The notes beneath the pieces were generated by a model, which searched no databases, was not told the origin of the DNA, and saw nothing but the letters and a program-made list of their open reading frames with translations. DNA of 64,000 bases from Candidatus Bathyarchaeota archaeon (lineage in GTDB: Archaea; Thermoproteota; Bathyarchaeia; Bathyarchaeales; DTEX01), in the NCBI GenBank assembly GCA_018396635.1, contig JAGTQE010000002.1, forward strand, positions 73,615-137,614. The letters are read 5' to 3'. Shown piece after piece: positions 37,187-45,834 of the stretch (position 1 is the stretch's first letter; each line of letters begins with the position of its first letter). Made by a program: the position numbers and the translations under genes.

Positions 37187-37909
37187 ATGGGCTGCGCATT
37201 CATAAAGCTTGACTTCGATTTGATTCCAGCCGTATTCTTGGGGAGACCGAACAGGTTCACGGCTTTAGTCAGGGTTGATGGCGAAGAAGCTCACGCGCAC
37301 CTGCCAAACTCAGGGAGGCTTACAACCGCGCTATGCCTTGGAGACAAAGCTTACCTGAGGAGGCATGAGGCTAGGTCTAGACGGAAGAGTATCTACAGCG
37401 TGTTTGCAGTTCAGCATGGCTTCACCCCAATAATAGTTGACGCTCAATTCTCAAACTTTCTCGCTAAAAAGTCCGTTGAGTTTGGTTTAATCAGGGAGCT
37501 ATTCGGCTACAGGATAGTTAGAGAGAACTCTAAGCCTAATGCTGACTCAAAGGTTAGGTTGGATCTGATTGCGGAAGATAATTCAGACATGTTTTATATT
37601 GAGGTTAAGTGCGTTACGCATGCAGTTGGGCAGATTGCCCTCTTCCCAGACGCCCCAACATCAAGGGGTAGGCGGCATATAGTCGAGCTATTAAGGCTCG
37701 TGAAGCGCGGATTTAAGGCTGGGCTAATCTTCTCAGTTCAGAGGCCTGATACCGAGATTATTAGGCCTAACTCTGAGGTGGATCCTAGGTTTGCAGAGCT
37801 GCTGGAAAGGGCTATTTCTAATGGGCTGAAAGTCTTCACTTTAAAGTCGACTTTTATACCCCCAGAAACGGTGATTTTAGAGTCCAATAAGCCAGCCTTT
37901 CAACTGTAG
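37187..37909 (+). CDS. sfsA: SfsA family protein (sugar fermentation stimulation protein homolog, nuclease-like fold)
   Basis: Motifs are LGRPNRFTALVRVDG..HAHLPNSGRL and YIEVKCVT..FPDAPTSRGRRH. Confidence 0.85.
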   Translation: MGCAFIKLDFDLIPAVFLGRPNRFTALVRVDGEEAHAHLPNSGRLTTALCLGDKAYLRRHEARSRRKSIYSVFAVQHGFTPIIVDAQFSNFLAKKSVEFGLIRELFGYRIVRENSKPNADSKVRLDLIAEDNSDMFYIEVKCVTHAVGQIALFPDAPTSRGRRHIVELLRLVKRGFKAGLIFSVQRPDTEIIRPNSEVDPRFAELLERAISNGLKVFTLKSTFIPPETVILESNKPAFQL

Positions 37910-37916
37910 GCGTAGG

Positions 37917-38609
37917 CTACTCCCTCAGAATTATCTCCTCATCGCGGACTATTTCATCTGAAATGAGGTACTTAATTAGTTCATCACTTATGACTGGTTT
38001 TCCATCATGCAGCGGGTACATATATGGCAGGTATATTTCAGCCTTATCACTCATCTTTATGCGCAGCCCCCTCTTAACCGGTATATCCTCAAGCTTGACA
38101 CCCATACTCACGAGCTTAGCCACATAGACCGCTCCGTCAATTGAGAATTGGCCCCTGCCAATATTTCTAGAAGTGGCTGTCGGAGCCCTAGACGTTATTA
38201 ATTTCCTCGTCCTGCCCTTAGGCGGATGGTCGCCTAGGATCCCGCCGATTATAACGGCCTCCCTACCAGCAAAATCCTCCGACCTAAGCCTCTCCCTAGC
38301 TTTTGGGTCAAGTATAATTATCTTTTCTGGACTGAAGATTTCAATGAAGCTCTCATATTTAACAGTCCCCAAACCCGACAGTATTCTAGCGTCCTCAGCC
38401 CTCCTAACGTTCGTGAAGACAAGTTTATCCCTACCAACTATCCTAGATGAATTCTCATACTCGAAGTAGAGCCACCTGCCAACCTCGCTCTCCAAATGCT
38501 CAATCACAAAGAGTACATCAAAGCCCAACAAAACACCACCATCACAATAAAATGAACACCTATTTAAACCAATCCACAAAATCACAGAACAGCCTAAATC
38601 TAAAAACAC
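37917..38609 (-). CDS. SPOUT-class methyltransferase of the DUF431/Sfm1 family
   Basis: FVIEHLESEVGRWLYFEY and IIGGILGDHPPKGRT match yeast Sfm1 as I recall it (YIIEHMEEGFSEW.., GGILGDHPPRDRT). The true start is probably the TTG near 38531. Confidence 0.6.
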   Translation of the reverse strand: MFLDLGCSVILWIGLNRCSFYCDGGVLLGFDVLFVIEHLESEVGRWLYFEYENSSRIVGRDKLVFTNVRRAEDARILSGLGTVKYESFIEIFSPEKIIILDPKARERLRSEDFAGREAVIIGGILGDHPPKGRTRKLITSRAPTATSRNIGRGQFSIDGAVYVAKLVSMGVKLEDIPVKRGLRIKMSDKAEIYLPYMYPLHDGKPVISDELIKYLISDEIVRDEEIILRE

Positions 38610-38727
38610 ATCAAACGGCGGAAACCTAAAAATAAGCCAGATCTACCGCAAAAACCTCAACGGAAGAAAAGAAGTTTAGCGTAACAGAAAGCCATAAATT
38701 GAGCCTTGAATTTAAAAATTAAAGATT

Positions 38728-38805
38728 GGGCCCGTAGCTCAGCAAGGATAGAGCACCGGGCTTTTAACCCGGGGGTCGGGGGTTCAATTCCCCCCGGGCC
38801 CGCCA
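38728..38805 (+). tRNA. tRNA-Lys (anticodon UUU) with genomically encoded CCA
   Basis: A cloverleaf can be drawn by hand. Acceptor GGGCCCG/CGGGCCC, D arm GCTC..GAGC, anticodon stem CCGGG/CCCGG with loop CTTTTAA, T arm GGGGG-TTCAATT-CCCCC, discriminator G, then CCA. There is no intron. Confidence 0.95.
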
Positions 38806-38903
38806 CCCTCAGCTAGATGTTAGAAGCAATTAAGGTTAAATATTATGTTTACGTCATCTTTTATTAGCGTGGATTTAATCTGCTCTTTGGGGTTAGTTAT
38901 TAA

Positions 38904-39773
38904 ATGGAGATAAGTTATGAAAAGCAAGCTGAAGTCCTTGAGAATCTAGCCGAAGAATCTGTTAGAAGGGGAGATTATGAGACGGCTGCACATTTATTCA
39001 GACGTTTGGCTGTATATTATGGGCTTGTTGGCGATAAACATGGCAGGAGAAAGTTTGCTATTAGGGCTGGGGAATATTATATGCGGGCGGCCGAGGCTCT
39101 TCCTGACGATATAAAAGTTATGGCTCTTTACCTAAAAGCGATGGAATCCTTTACGGAGGGTGGGGTGAGAGAGGCAGCTCACTTCTGCGGCTTAAGGATA
39201 TGGGAACGCTTTGCTTCAATTAAAGATGGTGTTTTCGAAGTAGATAGTGAGGGTATAGGTGTGCTTAGGGCTGTAAGCGACCACTTTGCCGAGAGAGGGG
39301 ATCTTGAAAAAGCAAATATAATGTATAAGAGCGCTGCTGAAATGGCGCTCAAAAGTGGGAAGCTCCTACTAGCTGGAAGACTTTATAAGAGCGCTGGCGA
39401 CTGCAACTTAAGATCTGGAAAGATAGAGGAGGCCGCAGATCTATATATTAAAGCAGCTAACATGTATTTTTCATGTGAAGAATACTTCGAGGCAGCGTGG
39501 AGCTATTGTGAAGCTGGCTTTCTGCTCATATGTTTAAGAAGGTTTAAGGAAGCTTCAGATATTTCAGAGATGGCTGAAGAATCATGCCGCAGAGGTCAGA
39601 TATCGATCTTCTTGAGGGATCTGAGCAATCTCTGTAATCTTCTCAGCCGGGGCCTTATAAGTGAGGCGAGGGAGAAATGGGATAAAATTAGAATGAAGAT
39701 TAGAAAAGAGTACGCTCAAATTATCGAGTCTTCATTTAGGTCTGTTGAGGGGGACTATAATTTCCCGCGCTAA
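38904..39773 (+). CDS. All-helical TPR-like repeat protein (SNAP-like repeat pattern)
   Basis: Repeated A-x2-(L/M)Y-x-(K/R)AA helical hairpins, for example EKANIMYKSAAEMALKSGK, LAGRLYKSAGDCNLRSGK and EEAADLYIKAANMYFSCEE. Confidence 0.5.
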   Translation: MEISYEKQAEVLENLAEESVRRGDYETAAHLFRRLAVYYGLVGDKHGRRKFAIRAGEYYMRAAEALPDDIKVMALYLKAMESFTEGGVREAAHFCGLRIWERFASIKDGVFEVDSEGIGVLRAVSDHFAERGDLEKANIMYKSAAEMALKSGKLLLAGRLYKSAGDCNLRSGKIEEAADLYIKAANMYFSCEEYFEAAWSYCEAGFLLICLRRFKEASDISEMAEESCRRGQISIFLRDLSNLCNLLSRGLISEAREKWDKIRMKIRKEYAQIIESSFRSVEGDYNFPR

Positions 39774-40192
39774 AAATGTTTACGTCTGCTAAGAAGTACG
39801 AAAATTGTTACGCATATAGCTGTCACCACAACTGCGAGTATTGTGAGCAGTAATGCATGCTCCCCCATACCCAAGATTATTGGTATAGGTCCTATGAGAA
39901 GGAATAGGCTGATTGAATCCCTAAGCCCAGAGAGCAATGCTGCCAGAAAAATGATGAGCATTCCAATAAATATTAGTAGGAAGCCTATGAAAAATATCTT
40001 GGTTGGAAAGATTTGGAGGATCTCCTTCCCAACAGTCTCCTCTGGAGTAAGGCAGCCCTCCATTTTCTTATGGCATTCAGTGCAAAGTAAACTATAGGGT
40101 TCGATGCATTCCTCGCACACACTCCGACCGCATCCTTGACAGATATATTTGGCACGCCTTCCACAGCACACATCACACATCTTAATGCTCAT
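39770..40192 (-). CDS. Cross-brace zinc finger (B-box/zf-HIT-like) fused to a DUF131-like two-TM membrane module
   Basis: The N-terminus reads CDVCCGRRAKYICQGCGRSVCEECIEPYSLLCTECH. The C-terminus carries LLIGPIPIILGMGEH between TM helices, as in the neighbouring paralog. Confidence 0.55.
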   Translation of the reverse strand: MSIKMCDVCCGRRAKYICQGCGRSVCEECIEPYSLLCTECHKKMEGCLTPEETVGKEILQIFPTKIFFIGFLLIFIGMLIIFLAALLSGLRDSISLFLLIGPIPIILGMGEHALLLTILAVVVTAICVTIFVLLSRRKHF

Positions 40193-40206
40193 TTCCTAGA
40201 TTCCCC

Positions 40207-40476
40207 TCACTTCAGCCAGCCTAAAATTAATATTACTATTAATGCCAAAATCATTAGTAGAATTGACAGAATTACAATTATCTTCACCGTTTCTTTACTA
40301 GTACCAAATATTATTGGTATTGGACCAACCATGATTAGCCCGCCCCACCCGGGAGCCTTTGCCCTACGGCTTCTTAAGCCTTTAAAAACTATTGTTAGGG
40401 TGGCTATGAAGGATAATATGAAACCTACAACGATCATGATGAAGCCAATTGTAAAGAGAACACTGATCCAATCCAT
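40207..40476 (-). CDS. DUF131 (TIGR00304-like) small membrane protein
   Basis: 89 aa. A TM helix is followed by a basic loop, then GGLIMVGPIPIIFGTSKE and a second TM helix. It is a paralog of the C-terminus of 39770-40192. Confidence 0.55.
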   Translation of the reverse strand: MDWISVLFTIGFIMIVVGFILSFIATLTIVFKGLRSRRAKAPGWGGLIMVGPIPIIFGTSKETVKIIVILSILLMILALIVILILGWLK

Positions 40477-40540
40477 AGGCTACCTATCCCTAGGCATAGG
40501 CATTAGAATTATCAAGATTCCGGAAAAATAAACTTTTACG

Positions 40541-41458
40541 TTGATTAGGATGTTAGAAAATTATTTATGTGCTGATGTAACCCATTTCCGTGTGGTTGGC
40601 TGCAGCAATACGCTTGAAGACATAATAATTAAGATACTTTCGGCGAAACCTGACTTAAAAAGGGACGAGATTTTAAGGATGATTGATGAGAGGGTGAGGG
40701 GCGCCGATGGATTTTTAACTCCTGAAAGTGCCGCTCTATCTTTAGCCGCCGATCTGGGAATCAGCTTCAGGGTAAGCTTTAAGCATGATCTGCAGATTAA
40801 GGATATAGTTTCAGGGTTAAGTGACGTGACCGTAAGTGGTAGGGTAATTTACGTTCACCCACTAGAGAAATTTCTCTACTCAGACGGCCGTGAGGGTTTC
40901 AGAAGAAGCATTTATCTGGCTGATAATACGGGTTTCATTAAAGCCATACTATGGAATGAGGCGGCCACGCTCATAAACGAGGACCTAATAGACAGGGTAG
41001 TTAGGCTCTCCCATGTTTCTGTGAAGCGTAGAGGCAGCGGGAGATTGGAGCTTAGCGTAGGCCGTAGAAGTAGGATTGAGATAGATCCTGGCGATCTAAG
41101 TGAGAAGGATTATCCGCCCATAACAAGATTTATTAAGAAAGTTAGCGAGATAACTGGTCTAGACAAACACTTAAGTGTTATCGGCCTCGTTGAGCGTGTT
41201 TACCCGCAGTCCACTTTTAAGCGTCAAAATGGTAGTGAGGGTAGAGTTAGGCGGGTGGAGGTTACGGATGATGCTGGCAAAGTCTTCGCAGTCCTTTGGG
41301 ATAGCTGCGCCAACGCCATATCGGAGGAAGCTGTCGGGCGCTATATTATTCTGCTGAATATGAAGGTTAAGGTACGTTTTGACGGAAGGGTAGAGATTCA
41401 CTCGGGAGATCGGACAAGGATTATTTTATTGGGGAGAAAGCCGTCTGGTTTCAAATAA
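40541..41458 (+). CDS. RPA-like ssDNA-binding protein with two OB folds (COG1599-like)
   Basis: N-terminal helical module (..IIIKILSAKPDLKRDEILRMIDERV..FLTPESAALSLAADLGI). Two OB-fold units follow (VSGRVIYVHP..., VIGLVERVYP...), each with the (A/V)(I/V)LW(N/D) strand. Confidence 0.65.
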   Translation: MIRMLENYLCADVTHFRVVGCSNTLEDIIIKILSAKPDLKRDEILRMIDERVRGADGFLTPESAALSLAADLGISFRVSFKHDLQIKDIVSGLSDVTVSGRVIYVHPLEKFLYSDGREGFRRSIYLADNTGFIKAILWNEAATLINEDLIDRVVRLSHVSVKRRGSGRLELSVGRRSRIEIDPGDLSEKDYPPITRFIKKVSEITGLDKHLSVIGLVERVYPQSTFKRQNGSEGRVRRVEVTDDAGKVFAVLWDSCANAISEEAVGRYIILLNMKVKVRFDGRVEIHSGDRTRIILLGRKPSGFK

Positions 41459-41524
41459 GCTAAAGCCGAATTTAAAGCTAAAAAAGAGATATAAAAAATA
41501 AAAGTATGGAAAAGTTTTCCGCGT

Positions 41525-41803
41525 TTACTCCTTCTTAACCAGCGAGATCTCAATTGTTGAGACGTTAGTCTTCGGCCTGTCGGGGCTTGTCATCTCCTGC
41601 GTTCCTATCTCGATCCTCTCGATGACTAAGTCTTTAAGGAAGGCTCGGCGTAGTAGTTCAACTACGTCAACAGCTCGGCTTATAGCCCTACCCCTAGCCT
41701 TAACAACAACCCTCTTAGCACCGGAATTGAACGCTGTTAGGCAGGCTACCACATAGTTCATCACTGGCTTCTTTCCAATCATTACTTGGCTTTCTTCGGC
41801 CAT
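41525..41803 (-). CDS. albA: Alba DNA/RNA-binding chromatin protein
   Basis: Contains [45 protein letters not shown]. Length is 92 aa. Confidence 0.9.
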   Translation of the reverse strand: MAEESQVMIGKKPVMNYVVACLTAFNSGAKRVVVKARGRAISRAVDVVELLRRAFLKDLVIERIEIGTQEMTSPDRPKTNVSTIEISLVKKE

Positions 41804-41883
41804 AGCGTATCTCTACTCCTCATTGTTGCCTTTAAGTCACCTTTATTCTCTAAAATAACTACGATATAATATTTTCCTTTCGA

Positions 41884-43728
41884 TTAGAGGATTGTAGAGA
41901 AAATTGCAAATAGAATCCCGAAAAATATAAATATAAGCGAGCTCCTTCCCGCCCTCTTTAAGGCCCTGTCTACCAGCATGCTGAGATAATTGATTTGCTG
42001 CTCACCGATAACTTTAGCCCTCGGGATCATCACTTTGCACCACGCAACCTCGCTCTCCTCCATATTATTTAATGCTTCAATGACTGAGCATTTAACATAC
42101 TCAATTATCTTATCGTGGTCTATGGCTTCCCCTACTGGGCAATATCCCCTCTCATTCAATACAACTGCATTAACGATGTGGGTATCTGTTGTGAAGACCT
42201 CGCCGCCGCTTATACCTAAACCTCTCAAGCTTGAAAGTATCTTCTCTCTTAGGCCAGACACCATGTTATTTCCATCTATAGTTATATATGCTGTTCTTTG
42301 CCTATCACTCTCAACGACTATAGCCGTTATTCCTCCAGGTCCTATTCCATCCCTAACGCTTACGTCTCTTAGGTTAACCTTTCCGGCACCAATCCTCAAA
42401 GTGCTCTGAGCATATGGTAAGTCCCTCGCCTTCTTCAGGGCTAATGTGGCAGCCTCCTCAAGGATTTTTGCAGCGATGTCGACGTTGAATGGACCATTTA
42501 GGCTGTTGTGAGCATCTATTGCTATGGCATGGGCGAATCCATTCTCCAAAGCCCTTTGAGCTATGGTCTCATTAAGCTCTATTGGGAGATCCTCCATGGT
42601 TTCGGGGGATAATGTTAAAGTTAAGAAGACACAATTATTGAAGACTTGACAGCCAACCTTTGCGCCATCTTTTTCAACCATGAAGAAATTAGTTACGCTA
42701 CTGGAAAAATTACGCATTTCTTTTACTGCTCTAAGTATCTTCTCTAAAACCCTTCTATTCTCCTTCTGAGAAACTAAGTCGAGGGAGTGGCCCGATATTC
42801 CATGCGGAACTGAGACTACACATTTATACTCTCCTTCAAGCGCCTCCATTATTAGGCTTGGAAGAGGGCTGCTCCCAATGTTCTTAAACGGGCCCGGATG
42901 TAAATTTGGGGCAACTATTATAGACTTTAAATTGCCTCGGTTCTTGCTCCTGAATGCTAGAAGAGACACCGTTATATCATGCTCTTCCCCCAGGTGCTCC
43001 AGTATTCCTTCAAATGGCCCCTCTAAATCCTCAGCCCAGTTGGCGATGAAAGCCCTAAATATCTCCAGGGAAGGTATGCCAAACGTTGTCTTCCCGCATT
43101 CATTGAGCAGGTTAATGAACAAGTATACGCTTAGCATGGAGGCGGCTGCAGCGCCAATAATGTAGGTTACATAGCGGATGGTGAGGTTGCCTGCCTGGGA
43201 TAAAATTATGGCCAGCAGGATGGTTAGGGGCTGGAGGCTGCTGGATATAATTTTATCCGGGAGATTGGAGGATGATATTGCATATATGGCGAGGGAGCGG
43301 AGGGAGAGGGATGCGAAAAAGCCAATCGACAGCGCCCTAACGAGCAAGTCCAAGTTTCCATACTTGAGCATTAGTATGCTTCCAACAAGCACAAATATTA
43401 CGTAGAAGAAGTTTGTGCAGAAAGAGAGAAAAGATAGTCTCCTAAAGTTTAAGACTATGTCCTTTTTAAGCACCGTTTTTGCAGTTAAATAATCCAAGAA
43501 TATTGTCAATGCGTTTAATATTATCCCAAGTATAAGACCGTATATAAGCCATGTTAATGGCGAATTTAGGGGGCTGGCAATTAAGCCCATGAGAAAGTTT
43601 TCCAGACATGATAGAATGAGAGTTCTCTTAAGCGGCGGGAGAGTAAATAGATGAGAGTAATGTTGAACCGCTAAATCAATGCTGCTTTTATTGGAAGATG
43701 AAACCATATTACCCATCACTGTATCCAT
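41884..43728 (-). CDS. Polytopic membrane protein with a large C-terminal soluble domain (DUF2070-like)
   Basis: About 6 N-terminal TM helices are followed by a ~380-aa soluble domain and a terminal TM helix. The DUF2070 assignment comes from remembered architecture only. Confidence 0.55.
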   Translation of the reverse strand: MDTVMGNMVSSSNKSSIDLAVQHYSHLFTLPPLKRTLILSCLENFLMGLIASPLNSPLTWLIYGLILGIILNALTIFLDYLTAKTVLKKDIVLNFRRLSFLSFCTNFFYVIFVLVGSILMLKYGNLDLLVRALSIGFFASLSLRSLAIYAISSSNLPDKIISSSLQPLTILLAIILSQAGNLTIRYVTYIIGAAAASMLSVYLFINLLNECGKTTFGIPSLEIFRAFIANWAEDLEGPFEGILEHLGEEHDITVSLLAFRSKNRGNLKSIIVAPNLHPGPFKNIGSSPLPSLIMEALEGEYKCVVSVPHGISGHSLDLVSQKENRRVLEKILRAVKEMRNFSSSVTNFFMVEKDGAKVGCQVFNNCVFLTLTLSPETMEDLPIELNETIAQRALENGFAHAIAIDAHNSLNGPFNVDIAAKILEEAATLALKKARDLPYAQSTLRIGAGKVNLRDVSVRDGIGPGGITAIVVESDRQRTAYITIDGNNMVSGLREKILSSLRGLGISGGEVFTTDTHIVNAVVLNERGYCPVGEAIDHDKIIEYVKCSVIEALNNMEESEVAWCKVMIPRAKVIGEQQINYLSMLVDRALKRAGRSSLIFIFFGILFAIFSTIL

Positions 43729-43816
43729 TCATCTAATGCTGACGAACATTTTAAGGATTTACTGAATATGGCGTTTAGCGCCCCTAATGATTCAGGTGTA
43801 GGATAAGCATAGTTAC

Positions 43817-43990
43817 CTAGGCTGAAAGTTGAATAACTATACATATTACAATGAATATTATAGTCAGGATTATCAGGGTTCTCGGCCTTATCTTTACACC
43901 CATACTTTCCTCTTCAAAGAACCTCAATAATCCTGCACCGGTAGCTGGAGCTGGCGCAACTCTCCTTCTACGCCTCTCTCTCCTACTCAA
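43817..43990 (-). CDS. secG: Preprotein translocase subunit Sec61beta (archaeal SecG); not in the supplied ORF track (57 aa)
   Basis: Minus-strand translation gives (M)SRRERRRRRVAPAPATGAGLLRFFEEESMGVKIRPRTLIILTIIFIVICIVIQLSA. It has a basic N-terminus, the conserved AGL(L/I)R(F/Y)(F/y/M)(E/D)E motif and a C-terminal tail anchor. TTG start lies directly after an in-frame TGA-GGC. Confidence 0.7.
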   Translation of the reverse strand: MSRRERRRRRVAPAPATGAGLLRFFEEESMGVKIRPRTLIILTIIFIVICIVIQLSA

Positions 43991-44080
43991 GCCTCAACCA
44001 CCGCTCTTCATAACTCTTGAAGTTTATAGAATTTAATTAACCTTTTCGTTTAACAAAGACCTTCTTGGCGAGAAAGGCTA

Positions 44081-45733
44081 TTAAATCTCTAGTTTAAACT
44101 TTCCGAGCTTTCTGTCAAGACATGCCTTGACGAAGCCATAGTATTCTGGGCTCGGTTTCCCAGGTCTGCTCTTAAATTCTCCGTGAAATTGGGATGCAAA
44201 AAAGAAGAATTTATCTGGCAGCTCCAGGATCTCCATTCGCTTGCCATCAGGGCTTCTTCCGGAGAATACTAGCCCATGCTTCTCTAAAACCTCTACGTAC
44301 TCTGGATTAACCTCATACCTGTGCCTATGCCTCTCATATGCCTCCGTTACCCTATAGAGTTTGTGGGCAAGAGTCCCCTCTTTAATAATTATTTTGTGCG
44401 CTCCTAGACGCATTGTGGCGCCCTTATATATCATTTGATGCTGTTCAGGCATCAAATCTATCACGGGATGAGGGGTATTCTCATCAATCTCAGTGCTATT
44501 CGCATCCTTTAACCCACAAACGTTTCTCGCAAACTCTATGACAGCCAGCTGAAAGCCATAGCAGATGCCGAGGAACGGGATGTCGTTCTCCCTGGCATAC
44601 TGGATTGCCATCATCTTCCCAGCCGTCCCCCTTGGACCGAAACCGTAAGGGACAAATATGCCATCATAGTTCCTGAGGATATTAATGCTGCTCGGATCCC
44701 TTTCAAACCTCTCCGCCTCTATATAGTCTATTTCAACCTTTGTGTCGCAGGCTGCGCCCGCATGCTTAAATGCCTCATTCATGCTTACATAACTATCGGT
44801 TAGACCCGTATATTTGCCGACAAGAGCGATTCTTATGCTATATTTGCAGTTCTCTAGTGCGTTAACGAAGCTCTTCCATCTCTCTATTTCACTCACATTG
44901 ATATGCTTCGGCGTAAGCCCTAGGCGTTTGCATATGTAGTCGCCCATCCCCTGCCCATCTAAGATAAGCGGAACCTTATAGATTGTTGATACATTATATG
45001 AGCAGAATACGGCGTCCTTAGGTATTGTCCCGAAGAGGGCGATTTTCTCGACAACATCATTAGTGATCATTTTTGTGCATCTGGAGACTATTATATCGGG
45101 CTGTATGCCTATCCTACGCAGCTCATTTACACTATGCTGGAGGGGTTTAGTCTTCATCTCGGAGGTTACGTCTAGTATTGGTACAAGCGCCACATGTATA
45201 TAGAGAGTATTCTCATAGCCCTCTTCAAGCCGCATCTGCCTTATAGCCTCTAGGAAGGGTAATCCCTCTATGTCGCCAACCGTCCCACCGCATTCTGTAA
45301 GAACAATATCAGCCTTAGATTTCTCCGCAACCATACGTATCCTACGTTTTATCTCATCAGTTATATGTGGAATTATCTGAACACATTTTCCAAGAAAGTC
45401 GCCTCTCCTCTCCCTCTCAATAACGGTTTGATATACTTGCCCAGTTGTGATATTATTCTCCTTAGATAGGTTTATGTCTAGGAACCTTTCATACCAGCCT
45501 AAATCCAGATCCGTTTCGCCACCATCATCAGTAACGAAAATCTCGCCATGAATATATGGATTCATTGTACCAGCATCAACATTCACATATGGATCTATTT
45601 TAATCACGGTGACTGAAAAACCCCTAAACTGGAGCATCTTTCCCACAGATGCAGTAACTATCCCCTTACCTACAGAGCTTAATACTCCACCGGTAACAAA
45701 AATATACTTAACCATGCCGTAGCCCTCACCCAC
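44081..45733 (-). CDS. pyrG: CTP synthase
   Basis: Contains [17 protein letters not shown] and the GATase Cys region LGICYGFQ. The probable start is the ATG at 45715. Confidence 0.95.
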   Translation of the reverse strand: MGEGYGMVKYIFVTGGVLSSVGKGIVTASVGKMLQFRGFSVTVIKIDPYVNVDAGTMNPYIHGEIFVTDDGGETDLDLGWYERFLDINLSKENNITTGQVYQTVIERERRGDFLGKCVQIIPHITDEIKRRIRMVAEKSKADIVLTECGGTVGDIEGLPFLEAIRQMRLEEGYENTLYIHVALVPILDVTSEMKTKPLQHSVNELRRIGIQPDIIVSRCTKMITNDVVEKIALFGTIPKDAVFCSYNVSTIYKVPLILDGQGMGDYICKRLGLTPKHINVSEIERWKSFVNALENCKYSIRIALVGKYTGLTDSYVSMNEAFKHAGAACDTKVEIDYIEAERFERDPSSINILRNYDGIFVPYGFGPRGTAGKMMAIQYARENDIPFLGICYGFQLAVIEFARNVCGLKDANSTEIDENTPHPVIDLMPEQHQMIYKGATMRLGAHKIIIKEGTLAHKLYRVTEAYERHRHRYEVNPEYVEVLEKHGLVFSGRSPDGKRMEILELPDKFFFFASQFHGEFKSRPGKPSPEYYGFVKACLDRKLGKFKLEI

Positions 45734-45834
45734 AATATAGGAAATAAGTCTAAAGCTTGCTTAAAATAATTGCTTATTTAGGCGAAAAACTTTTTTCCCC
45801 GCTTTTCCTTCTATACCCTTAAAGGCCTTGGAGG

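Noticed and set aside
38610-38903. tRNA-Lys as a possible integration hotspot or mobile-element border
   Set aside because: There is no integrase, no transposase, and no visible direct repeat of the tRNA 3' half in the flanks. The neighbouring genes are ordinary (an Sfm1-like methyltransferase and a TPR protein).
43729-43816. Possible C/D-box-like motifs (ATGCTGA, CTGA, TGATT) between Sec61beta and the DUF2070-like gene
   Set aside because: The box sequences and spacing are non-canonical and there are no flanking complementary ends. It is more simply the promoter/5' region of the downstream membrane protein gene.
43851-44036. Listed + strand 61-aa ORF (MNIIVRIIRVLGLIFTPILSSSKNL...)
   Set aside because: It is low-complexity and has no recognisable family. 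It lies antisense to a much more convincing Sec61beta ORF on the minus strand (43817-43990), so I treat it as a shadow ORF.
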